NCBI GenBank assembly: GCA_015680685.1
Contig: MNCI01002384.1
Span: forward strand, 189,498-253,497
DNA length: 64,000 bases
Origin: Gnetum montanum
Lineage: Eukaryota; Plantae; Gnetophyta
Direction: 5' to 3'
Below the pieces are notes generated by a model that had not been told where the DNA came from, searched no databases, and saw only the letters and a program-made list of their open reading frames with translations. Position numbers and translations under genes: made by a program. This document shows positions 24,150 through 36,708 of the stretch, piece by piece. Positions within the stretch are counted from its first letter, which is position 1. Each line of letters begins with the position of its first letter.

Positions 24150-25210
24150 ACCGCTCATGAGGGGGTTTCCTTGGTACTCATGCTGAGTTTCCCTAGTACT
24201 CATGCTAGGTTTCCTTAGTACTCATGCTAGGTTTCCCTGGTACTCACGCTGAGCATCCCTGCAGCACTCATGCTGAGCATCCCTGCACTCACACTGCTTT
24301 CCCTACAGCATGCCCTAAACTAAACTCATGCTGTCTACCCTACAACATGCCCTAAGCTAAACTCACACTTCCTGCCCTGTAGCTCATGCTGCCTTGCATT
24401 CATGTGGCCCTGGCACTCACGCTGTCTTAGCGCTCACGTTGCCCAGGAAACTAACCTTGCCCTGCATTCACGTTGGGGTTTTCCCCTAGAATGCATGCTG
24501 GGGCCTGCTCTTGCAGCTCACACTGCCCTAGAAATTACATGGCCCTTGAACTCATGTTGTCCTGGCGCTCATGTTTCCTAGGAAACTAACCATGCCTTGT
24601 AACTCACGCTGGGGTTTTCCCCCGGAATGCACGTTGGGGCCTATTCTTGCAGCTCATGTTGCCCTGGAAACTATGTGGCCCTCACACTGCCCTAGGAAAT
24701 CTCACATTATCCAAGAAGCCCTAGCACTCATGCTGTGCTCGCCCCAATATGCAAAATGAGAATAAAAAAAATCTAACTTGCTCTAATCCAACTGTGCACA
24801 CTCGAAAGACAACAACTAAAAAATACAATAAGCCACAAACCCCAGAAAAAATCCCTAAATCCCCAAAATAACCCAAAATCGAACTGAACATGTGGTAGAA
24901 AATGGCAGCCATGAGAGACCACACTTCCCTAGCTAACGCTATGTACGGAATGCTGGAGAGGAGAGGAAGAAACAAACCTATGTAGAGCTCCATCCCATGC
25001 TGGAATCATGGCTTGAGGGAGATGATGAAGTAGATCTTCACTCTCCTCCACAAATGCTAGGTTTTCTTTCCTATTCCCTTTTCCTTAGCTTGCTTTCCCT
25101 TTGCCCTTCATTGCTAGTCCTGTAACTCACGCTGTAACTCACGCCAATGCTCATGTTGTACTCCTTAGCTTGCTCACGCTGCAATCCAATGACCAAGAAC
25201 TCACGCTAGC
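24150..25210 (+). repeat. CTCACGCT-motif array in the B spacer, upstream of the antisense gene
   Basis: Dozens of CTCACGCT / CTCATGCT / CTCACACT copies. Confidence 0.85.
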
Positions 25211-25844
25211 ATAAATGATGCCCTTGTACCTTAAAATCCCTTTTTAACCCCTAATATTCATTCTAAATTATATTTATTTGTATTTTATTTTATCTTATTT
25301 ATCTTTGTATTGTATTTATTTAATTTACCATGTTTCATGTTTAAATTTTGTTTTCATATTATTACATATGTCATCTTTATTTCATTCTTACATGATATTC
25401 CTCTTTATTTTATTCTTGTGGGATTAGCCAAAAATATTAGAGTTAGCAAAAAAATAATAATAAAAAAGGAGAAAAAAGAAAAAAGATTGAAATCAACAAA
25501 AATAAAATATATATATATATATATATATAAACATATAAAAATACATAATCACGCACATGAGAATTCATAAGACTTTAAAATCCCATAAATTCATCGTTTA
25601 CAAGAAACATAGAAATTAGCAATGCTCCATACACGTATTCATCATACAACGTGACATGAATATTGTTGGCCTAGTACAGCCTAAAACTACCATATGGTCT
25701 AGGTACGACACTAAACTACTGCTACGTTCTGCAAGTTTGTCAGTACATAGATTAATTACCCAATTCTTGTTTACATTTAACAACACCTTTGTCAAGTAAA
25801 TGTCACTCACTTCACTCCTGGTTTAAATTGGTAGGAGCAAGCAC

Positions 25845-28800
25845 ATGGCCACCAAGAATATCCTTTCAACATTTTCTCTCAGTGGACCACATGGGGAGGT
25901 GAAAAGAACAATTAATCTAGAATCCTTGGATCTGGACCCATCTGCTTATACTAACTTAATAGCCTTTGCTTAGGAAACATTATACTGGCCTAAAAATGTG
26001 ACTAAGACTTTAGATCTAAAGGCTGATAATATCACTGAAGACCCTCTTGTTGAAGTCCCCATTACTACATTCAATGGTGAAAATAGAACATTGAAATTAA
26101 GTGCCCTACTAGACTCAAAACTTGTCAGTGACATCACTCAAGTATTGAAAGAAAATATAAACACATTCGCATGGTCATATATCGACATGCTAGGATTAGA
26201 ACCTCGAATCGTCCAACACAACATCATTCTTGATGCAAAAGTCAAACCAGTGAAGCAAAAAGCACGAAAGGTTAAACCTGAGGTGGCATTAGCAATTCGT
26301 GCTGAAATCACAAAAATCTACCAAGCTAGTTTCATCTAAGTTATTGACTATTCTTACTAGGTATCAAAAATTGTTATAGTCCCTAAGAAGAACACTAATA
26401 TACGCATATGCATTGACTTTCGTGATCTCAACACAGCCACTATAAAGGATGACTTCCTGCTACCTAGCATAGATAAACTTATTGACACAACTGTTGGGCA
26501 TGCACTATTATCCTTTATGGATGGATTTTTAGGATACAATCAAATAAGAAACAATTCGGAACATCAACTTAGAACAACCTTTATGACACCTTGGGGCACA
26601 TTCTACTATACGATGATGCCATTTGGTATTAAAAATGTAGGCGCTACATATTAATGAGAGATGACCTATATATTTAGTGATTACATGCTCAATTTTCTCA
26701 ATGATTACATTGATGACATCATTGTTAAATCTAAAATAACCGAACAACATGAAAAATATCTAGACCTGGTGCTTAAATGTTGTCTCAAATATGACCTTAG
26801 ACTCAATCCAAAGAAGTGTGTCTTTGGTGTCAAAACGGGAAAAATGCTTGGATTCATAGTCTCTGGAATAGGGATATGGATAGACCCTGATAAGGTTAAG
26901 GCAATAATTAACATGCAAACACCAAAAAACCTTACCAAACTACGTGGTCTCCAAGGTAGACTACAATTCATTAGACGCTTTATTGAAAGGATGAAAGATA
27001 AGTTGAAACCCATGCAACACCTATTACGAAAGAATGTGCATTTCCAATGGACTCAACCATATCTTGCAGCTTCCAATTCTTCCATTGCATCGATGCTTTG
27101 TCAAAAATGTAAAAATGGAATCGAGATCCCTGTCTATTATCTAAGCCACACTCTAATTGCCTATGAACAATGATACAACAACGTGGAGAAATTATGCCTT
27201 GCCCTCATCTTCTCCTTGAAAAAAATGCAGCATTATCACTTCCGTAGTCAAGTATACATCATTTGCAAGAATAATGTACTCTGCGCCATCACTAACAACA
27301 TCTATGAGTTGAGTAGGATAGCTAGGTGGAAAGCAATGATCATAGAGTTTGACTTACACTATGTTGCTCAATCTTTCACAAAAGGTCAAGTAATAGTTAC
27401 ACAATTGACCATCTCACCAACGCATGATCAAGTAATGATCAACCCTGAATTCCCTGATGAGAATGTTAATAGTATAGACACTGTACCTGATAACTATGAG
27501 GTAATCCTTTATTTCGATGGAGCTTCAACTTCCCGAGGAGGAAGTGCTACAATGATTTTAACATACCCCTTCAGAGAAACCCAACCCTTCACCTATCGAT
27601 TAACCTTTCCCTATACCAATAACATGGTAGAATACGAAGGTCTTCTTAAAGGTCTTCGAGTAGCATTGACTTCAGGAATTGCACGTCTTGTAGTTTGAGG
27701 CGATTAACAGTTAGTCATTAATCAAGTCACGGAGGTTTACGCATGTAAGGCTCTCCATTTGCAACCATATTGTGATTTGACCAAATATCTACTGAAGCAA
27801 TTAGTAGATGTGGATATACAACATGTTCCTAGAAGTGAAAACACCATTGTCAATGCACTTACTACACTTGCCCTAAACATGACACCCGAAATGTTCCATG
27901 TGTCGCCTAGCTCTATAACAAATTGTGCCAAACCTATAACTAATGCACTTGATGAAATTCCCATAGCATCCATTAGTGCAACACACACAATAGAATGGTA
28001 CGATGACATAAAAGAGTACCTTCTATAAGGAAAACCTCCACAACATTTGACAAATGTGCAAAAGGATGCGGTATGAAAATGCTCTCAGCAATATGCATTA
28101 ATAAGAGACATATTGTGTTGCAAATTCATGAAGGCATTCTATTGATGTGTGTTAGTAGCATTGACAGTCAAACAATTATATAACAAGTCCACAAAGGACT
28201 TTGTGGAGGGCACATAGAACCCAAAGCAATGGCAACAAAGATTAGGCATTTCGGCTACTACTGGCCACACATGGAGTACGATTGCTTCTCCAAGGTCAAG
28301 ACATGTGACATTTGCCAAAGGCATGGTAACCTAATACATGTGACACCTAATGAATTGCACACAACACAAATCACATGGCCATTCCAAAGATGGGGATTAG
28401 ACTTAATTGGACCAATAAAGCCACCATCTTCCGTGGGGCATAGCTTCATTATCACCACAACTGAATNGCCACCATCTTCCGTGGGGCATAGCTTCATTAT
28501 CACCACAACTGAATACTTCAAAAAATGGGTAGAAGCTTTTCCCCTTAGGAAGACCACTTCTAAACACGTTTGCACTTTTATAATAGAAAACATCATGACC
28601 CGTTTTGGTATTCCAGTGACCATTGTTACTGACAATGGGCCACAGTTCAGCAGTGTAGATTCTAAAAGCTTCTATGAAAGCTTGGGTATTAAACATGCAT
28701 TCTCATCACCTTAATACCCATAAAGTAATGGTCAAGTGGAGGCTACAAACAAAACTATCATCATGGTCCTCAAAAAGATGTTAAATCAGAGCAAGAGGTG

Positions 28801-29281
28801 ATGGCACGAACAACTAGTTTATGCATTATGGGCATACAGAATGACACATTGAACATCTATAGGTAAAACTCCATATAGTCTTGTATATGGATATGAAGAT
28901 ATTTAACCTTTAGAGTTACAGGTTCCCTTGTTGTGGATAGCCCTCTTAGGCCTCCTCGATGAAAGCCAAAGCGATGAACTATGCATTGCTGACCTTGACT
29001 TGATGGAGGAGGAACATGTATGAACACTTAATCAGATTGAGTGGTATGAGAAATAACAACAACAACGACATAAACACGATCTACATAAGTACCTGATTAA
29101 AGAAGGAGACCTAGTCCTTAAGGCCATCCGTGAACATCTAGATAAATTCTCAGTTAACTGGGAAGGGCCTTACTTAGTCATCAAGGCATACAATAACGGA
29201 GCATTCAAACTTGCTGACATGGACGAGAACGAGTTCGCTAATCCTACAAATCACCTGTACCTAAAATAGTACTATGTATGA
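25845..29281 (+). pseudogene. pol: pol of element B: RT-RNase H-aRH-integrase
   Basis: NDYIDDII (RT); YYLSHTL (RH); ILYFDGAS...TNNMVEYEGL...HVPRSEN (second, archaeal-type RNase H); H..C..C zinc motif; WGLDLIGP, DNGPQF; WEGPY...HLYLK. Confidence 0.95.
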
Positions 29282-29289
29282 TCAACCTA

Positions 29290-29710
29290 AGGTACCTAAC
29301 GATCCTAGAATCACGACCTAAAATTGATACCATAGAATGGTCCTAGAATCATGACCCAAAATTGATACCATAGAACGGTCCTGGCATCACGACCTAAAAC
29401 TGATACCATAGAGTGGTTCTAGGGTTTAGGGTGGAAACTAACACCACAGAGTGTCCTGGAGTCATGATAGTAAACTAACACCATAGAGCTCTGTCTGATA
29501 TGACACTAAATTGCCACACTTGTCTGTCATGACATAAAACTAGCATGCAGAGTCCACTAAGACTATAAACTAGTTTTCCTCTTCATAGTCTGCTACGACT
29601 ATAAACTAGCACTGCACCATTCGCTACGATGCTAAACTAGCACCATCCAAAGGGTTATGACGTGAAAATAACCCACAACAGTCCGCTAAGACTATAAACT
29701 GGCAACATCA
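29290..29710 (+). repeat. GACNTAAAACTRG repeat cluster after the pol stop of B
   Basis: Roughly a dozen ~36-bp units containing (G)ACNTAAA(A)CT. Confidence 0.8.
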
Positions 29711-29971
29711 TCAAAAAATAGGTAATACTTGAAAAGATATGTTGCTGCAATTGGCTGTACCTATTCCACAAAGACTTGTTGCATAATTTGTCTCATGGAC
29801 CCTAATGAAGATGATGTTATTCATGATTCTATCTACTTTGAAATTGCACATGGTGGCTCCATCTCCTTGGCTATTTTCAAGTTTCAAGTACTTAGTTAAC
29901 CAAATCATTTGTGGTTTTCTTTTCTTCTTGGAGTTGTATTTGTAGGATGACACGCCTAAGGCATTCATGCA

Positions 29972-31963
29972 TGAAACACCACCAATTTCGACCTAACACT
30001 TTGAGCTAGAACAACTTGCACTTGAGCTTTTGAAGGAAAAATTTGGGATAATGCATGATGGCTTGTCCTTGCAACTCATGCTAGTTTGCAATTTTCTTGT
30101 CACGCTATAGTCATGCTAAGGTCACGCTAGCAGCATGAGTATAGCGTGACTAAACTCAGACAGTCCCAAAACTGAGTAAGAATGATCTGGTTTCCATGAT
30201 GTAAGCCATCCTCATGATGTAGACCATCCTTAGCCATTGATTTCCACTCCAAGTCTTAGCAAGCATTCAGAAATTCAAATTTTAAGTCAAATGATGCAAA
30301 TTTCTCTCAGTCACGCTGTAGTCACACTGAGGTCACATTGGCAGTGTAAGTATAGCATCACTGACTCTCACGGACCCAAAATCAAATCAAAGTGACTAGA
30401 ATTCTAAAGTACAAGTTATCCTTAAAGCACATCCTTGACAACTTCCAGTCCCAACTTCTGGAATGCTAGATTTTAGCTCAAAATTGTAAGTTTTTGCAAA
30501 GATTTCATAGGTCATGCCGCATGTCACGCTGTAGTATGACTGTAGTGTGACATACTCAAAGTGGTTCCAGACAAGTCACACCTAGGCTCAAATTCTAGAA
30601 TTCAGATCTCTGGATCAACTATATCTAGACAGCAGTTGCACTCAAGAATCAAGCTTTAAAATCACAATTTCGAATGAAATACATCATTTTCAAGTCATGT
30701 CACATTGCATGTCACACTGTGGTCATGCTGTAGTGTGACTCCAGAATGACCTGCCATAAATAGCTTGAAATAAGGCACTTTCAGGCTCAATTCATCAATC
30801 ACAGTTAGGCAATCCTTGCACTTTGAGAATCAGGCTCCAAAATTCCAAAATTTGGTGAAAAATTGCAAGTTTTTGTTCACTCATGCTGAGGTCATGTTGC
30901 AGCATGTGTAGCATGAGTGTAGTGTGAGTGTCGCATGCACATGCCCAAGTCACGCTGAGAAAAAATCAACTCACACTAGAAATTCTTGTCAAGAAAAAAT
31001 ACTTTAAATAGCCATGGAACCACTCAAATCGACATCCTACAACAATCAAGTCAAAAATCCAGAAGTTTTATGTGAGCCAGAGTCAAATTTCTCTTATTGT
31101 ATAGTGTAAATTTTCATCATTTACGACCTTGATAGGCTCTTACGCTCCGAATTGCATGTGCTTCCATGAGCATGAGCTAGATTGGGCAAGTTTTCACATG
31201 TTGTAAGCTAGCTTGGGCAAGTTGTCACACGTTGTAAGATACAATGCACCTGGTCCAGAACGTAGCTTACTAACACACATCCAACTCACACACAGCTGTC
31301 CATCAGACACATGTCACTAGGTCTACTTTTCTCTCATCCCCCAACCACTGATTCCATTCTCAAATTCTACACCTGAGCCTGGCCCAACCCTATAAATACC
31401 CTGTCGATTCACATAAATGGGGGTTGAAAATTTTGGAAATTAGCAATTCTGAGAACATATAACTTAGGAAACTCTAACGAGCAATCCTTGGGCACTCAGC
31501 ACACTTGACTCCTAGCATCCAAGCACTTCTGAGACACATCACATCACATCACCCCGGGGCTTGGCACTTGACCTACCATCAACACGTGCAACTACACTTT
31601 GACGGATGCACATATTTTCTAAGAAATAAAATATAGTTCATTTTGCTAACCATTATTTTGTTTACTCTATTTTACATTTAGTTTACATTTCATTTACAAT
31701 ACCAGTTCTACATGTATTTTTGTTTACATTTCATACTTGTTGTTTACATTTTAAAACATCAATTACGATAACCCCAGCACAAGCCGTAGTTTATGCTCGG
31801 GGAAGTCCTTGGTTGATTTGCATGCAGACCATCCAAGGCACTCTACCTTCGTTTACTTTTCCAACTTGCCCTTGGGCAAAGGAAGGGTCAGCTGTGCCTA
31901 CCCAATGATCTTTCAGTGTTTGTTTTCCCTTCTAGCCTTACACCGACGATTTAGGTCAGTATA
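29972..31963 (+). repeat. 5' LTR of element C
   Basis: TGAAACACC...GGTCAGTATA (CA mutated); TATAAATA at 31391; matches 41722-43662. Confidence 0.93.
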
Positions 31964-31969
31964 GTAAAT

Positions 31970-31986
31970 TAGTGCTAGAAGGAGGG
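31970..31986 (+). promoter_or_regulatory. Degenerate PBS (tRNA-Asn) of element C
   Basis: TAGTGCTAGAAGGAGGG, two transitions from the B PBS. Confidence 0.85.
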
Positions 31987-32049
31987 CCTGACTTGCCTGT
32001 TGTTTGTTAAAACATCGATCACACTACAAAACTTATTCATCTTGTCCCT

Positions 32050-32340
32050 ATGAATCTGCCTGTCATAGTTTTCACACTGCATTTGTCACACTATAGTGGT
32101 CATGTTGCAGTGGTCATGCTATCCTGTAGCTATCACACTGTCCTACAGTTGTCACGCTATCTTGCAGTTCTCACTATGTCCTGCAGTTGTCACGTTGTCA
32201 TGTAGTTGTCAAGCTATAGTGGTTACGCTATCCTGCAGCTATCATGCTACCCTACAGTTATCACACTATCCTACAATTGTCACGCTACCCTGTAGTTGTC
32301 ACACTATAGTTCTCACGTTACATTTTCTCACACTTAGCTC
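32050..32340 (+). repeat. ~20-bp tandem GTCACGCT-motif array in the 5' UTR of C
   Basis: Repeated cagttgtcacgctatcctg-like units. Confidence 0.85.
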
Positions 32341-32367
32341 GTCTAGTTGAGTTTACTTACGTTCATT

Positions 32368-35037
32368 ATGGAATCATCCCAAATTATCCCGGTAACACTG
32401 TTGACATTTGACTTTGGTACTGAAACCTCAAAACTTGTGACTGCTATTGAATCCATAAATATCATCGAATAGATAAATGCCCAAGGCCCTACATGCCAGT
32501 CACTTAGGCTACAAGGTAGAGACCCTACCTATGCGACTCTTACGCCCGAACAATATAACTTCATCTGTGTCAAGATCCAAGCCAACTTACCCATCGATTG
32601 TGTAGAGAAAGAAGCGAAAAGAGACTATGAATTTATCTACAAAGGAGGATGTGAGTTCATCCCTTTAGCATTTGACATAATCCCGCTATCTAAAAACCAT
32701 CATAAACTCATATCCCAACTTCTCATGGCTAGAAGTCAAGCCCTACAGTTACCTCTAATAGAGCCTCAAGGAGGAGACGAGGAAGATGATTTCGTAGCCC
32801 AATCTAAACATGGGGATTCATACCATACCATTAGTCCCCATGTCCATATGAATCCATTGTTTCAATATTTCCTGGAAGAGACTATATTTCCACTGCCAAC
32901 TTCTCTATGGAAAGTACCCACTCCCTTTCCCATCTTCTCCAAGTTTGATGCTAAATCTAACACGTCCACTTCCATCGTACCATTGCAAACACAATCCCAA
33001 CAACCTCATCCTCAAACTAATGTAGGAACAAATTTTCAACCTCAAGTATTTAGTCATACCTACTTCCATGTCCATCCATTACATACCTCAGGTGCAAATC
33101 CAACAAGCACCACTGACTGCTTCACAACCCGTGACTGGGCAATGGGTTCCACTAGCTATTCAGCAAAACCTGTCTACCCATTATAGCATACCACACCTCA
33201 TAGTCTCATCCCTGAATGTCATCCCACTACAACAAACAATAGTCCAACAATCTCTCTTTCCAAAAATGATGCAGCAATCAAATCATTATCAATTACCGTC
33301 AACCCAATCTGTTAGTTTGCCTACCACCCAAGAGTGGGTAGATACAAAGAAACTGATGCATTCGTTAGCAGAAGAATTAAAGAGCCTCAAAAATGTAAAC
33401 ACCGAAGAAGTCAAAGTACTAGAATTCTATCAAGATGATCCAATTGACCCCTCAGTTCCACTACTAACCTTGCCAAAGAGGGTTTCATTACCCTAGCTAA
33501 CCATATACAATGGAGAAGGAGATTCAAATGCTCACCTAGTAACATTTCGTATGGAGTGCCTATTTCTTCAAGCATGGCCTCATGTAATTCTGTGAGTGTT
33601 TGCCATGTCCTTAACTAGAAAGGCCTTAGACTGGTATTGAGCTCTACCTCGTAGCTCCATATATTTTCTAGAATATTTTTTGCACCAATTTGTCACCCAT
33701 TTTAAGTACAATCTAAAACTTGAAGCCATGTTGGATAGCTTGATCTAGATTAAACATGTGCCATTAGAGCCAGCACAGAAATTTATCCAAAGGTGGAGTG
33801 TAGCCTTAAATGAACTTCATGAGCCTATTCTTGCAACATATCTACCTACCATCCTTAAGGTGGCCACGAATGACTTTATCAAGTCAAAAATTTACTATTT
33901 AAAACCCCATACCTTGAGCCAATAATTTGTGCAAATTAAAGACATAGAAGAGGTGGCACAAATAAGCAACGATCTAGCCTATTCAACCTTTAGAAGCCAA
34001 CATACAAGGAAAGATAAATCCAAAACAATAGTAGCAGTGGTAGCTGAGACAACCTGACCTAACCACCCAGGAAGAAAAGGAAAACAACCCGTGGTCCCAA
34101 ATGGATATTAAAGGAATACACCTATTCCTACACCTAAAAATTCCTCAAATAGGAACATCAACATGGGCCATGCCCGTACATTCGAAAGAAAATACCCCGC
34201 TCAGTATACACCCTTACCCATAAAACCTTCACAATTTCTTGATCAAATTCTAAAGGCTAGATTAATTAAACATAAGAAAATGTCTCCCACAGCCTCTCAA
34301 AAACATGATTGATTCTGTGAGTTGGCCAAAAACCCAACCTTAGCAATAGCTAATGAACTACCCATTCCAAGAGGTTTTAGGTTGGATAGGTTTTAAAAGT
34401 ATCACCAACGACCTAGTCATGGAACTGATTACTGTTTCACCTTGAAACAAGATATACAACACATGATAGATAGGGGTGAAGTTGTATTCAATGAGGCAAG
34501 CCCAGTAAGACCTCAGAACCAGCCCATGAGGGTCTACAAGGATCCTCTCAATGGTAGTGAAGCACCATATGTGATTAATACTATCCATGTGGAGGATAGA
34601 CAAGATGTCCTATGAAAACCTTTTGTGATTCGTAGACCTTTAGAAACAACACCTACCCCAACATCTCCTCAAACCTCTTCCACCATACATGCATCTCATG
34701 CACCACAAAAATCATTCATTATCCACGCACCTCCTTCTATCGCTACAATGACCATACCATCCGAAAATCAACCCATTCCCTTTGTGATTTGAGTGCCAAA
34801 ACATCCTAGCACACCATCCACCTTCACTCCCTCATGACCTCTGTGAGAACATCTTGCTGATAGGTTAATGAAAGAATATTTGGAAAGAGAGAACAGTTAG
34901 CACAAATTAGGACCACCAAAGCCTACACCACTAAATGCTATTCCTATGGGTCCGTCTATCAATGAGCCTAGTACGAGCCATCAAAATAAGGATAATGTCA
35001 TGGGTTGTGTCCTAAACCCAACAACTCATGCTGCCAA
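32368..35037 (+). pseudogene. gag: gag of element C (truncated before the protease)
   Basis: Colinear with B gag (EVKVLEFYQDDPIDPSVP, YNGEGD, GFRLDRF); homology to B stops at ~35037. Confidence 0.88.
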
Positions 35038-35099
35038 GGAGGGCAAGGCACTCATGCCCCAACAAATCAAAAATTTTCAAGACACTGAATTTGCAGGAC

Positions 35100-36145
35100 A
35101 TTCACGCTGCCAAGGAAGCTAAAAGTCACGACTGAGCTTTTCCCTAGAATGCTCGCCATTTTTAACTTAAAACCTTGCTACCCTGGGCAAAACCCAAACA
35201 TTCACAAGTCATGCTACCCTTGGGTAGGCTCAAAAATTACAAGTCACACTACCCTTGGGCAGGCTCAAAAATTACAAGTCACGTTTCCCTAGGCAGGCTC
35301 AAAAATTACAAGTCACACCACTCTGCCCAAGGGCCAAAATTTTATAGCCACGCTACCCTCTAATCTGAAAAATTTGCCCAAACATTCACAAGTCATGCTG
35401 TTCATTCCCTGCCCCAAAAATTCTAAGTCACACTATTCATCCCTATTCCCAGAAATCCAGAAAAATTTGCAAGTAACACTGCCCTGAAAAATTACATGTC
35501 ACGCCACTCTCAAAAATTAAAAAATTTGTAGTCATGCTACCAAAGAGGGAAAGATAGTCAGGGAAGGATAGTCATGCTGCCAGGAAGGTAGAACAAAGAA
35601 ATCCCAAGTTCACATTAGCTTTTCCTTGATAGTCATGCCAAGAAAGCCAAAACCCTGCAACTAGAACGTCGAGAAATTCCAAAACCCTGCAACTAGAAAG
35701 TCAAGAAAGCAAAAACTTTTGTGGCCAAAAAACAAAGAAAACAAAAAACCCAACCTATACACTCATGCCCCAAACTTTCATTCACCCAAAATTGTAATCC
35801 CAAAAATCCCAAGAAAATCATAGCTCAAAAATCCCAAGATCATAGCCACAAAATCTTACCCTAGGTAGTGCTGCTGGAGAAAACTAGGGGAGAAACAAAC
35901 TTACCTATGTAAAGCCTTCTTCCATGTTGGAATCCTAGCTTGGGGAAGATGCTTGAGAAGCTCTTTGCTCTCCTCTATGAACGCCAGATCCGCCTGCCTC
36001 TTCCCCTTCTCCTGAATTGCCTTTCCTTTGCCCTTGTCCTTCATGTTGCCTTGTGCACGCTGACGCTATTGATGGCAAGTCACGCTAATGTCATATCTCA
36101 CGTTGCACTCCTAAGTCACGTTGTAGTCAAGAAGTCATGCTAGCA
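35100..36145 (+). repeat. GTCACGCT-motif array in the C spacer
   Basis: Repeated caagtcacgctaccc / aaaattacaagtcac units. Confidence 0.8.
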
Positions 36146-36708
36146 CAAAATGCCCTTCCTCCACTTCAAAATCCCCTTTTTAAACCCAACACATTCTATT
36201 TTTATCTTCTCTTGTTTTACTTTATTTTTCTCTCACATTATATTTTCTTTATTTGTTTAAATTTGTTTTCATTTGTGTTATATGTTGGCCTACATCCCTC
36301 ATTATTCCAGCCTCTAGAGATGAGGCCCAAAATTTTTCTTCTTATGAGAAACAGGTAAAAAACACAAAAAATCAACAACAACAACAAACATGTAGGAACA
36401 TCTGGAAATATGTAACGATGCACATAGAATTCATAAAACTTTAAAATCTTCATGAACTTATTCTTCACTCAAAAATTTAAAAGTTAAAGTTTAAAAATGG
36501 TGCATACACTTGGTCCAAATGAAAAGTCAACATAAGTGGCCCGGTATGGCCTTAAACTACCATCTGGCCCAGTATGGCCTTAAACTACCATGACTCCTAC
36601 TGCATCTCTTGATTTTTGTTAGTACATAGTTTGGTTATATTTAGTAACTCCTTTGCCAAGAGGATGTCTCTCACTCCACTCCCATTTTAAATTGGCAGGG
36701 GCAAGCAC

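Noticed and set aside
28420-28515. Duplicated PPSSVGHSFIITTTE in B integrase
   Set aside because: Same single-n scaffold join artefact.
29290-29710. Regularly spaced ~36-bp repeats resembling a CRISPR array
   Set aside because: Degenerate tandem units without unique spacers or cas genes, in a plant retrotransposon UTR.
29972-31986. Possible tandem element sharing a central LTR (B 3' LTR = C 5' LTR)
   Set aside because: The TSD and the continuity of B's 3' UTR across 29971/43663 show a nested insertion.
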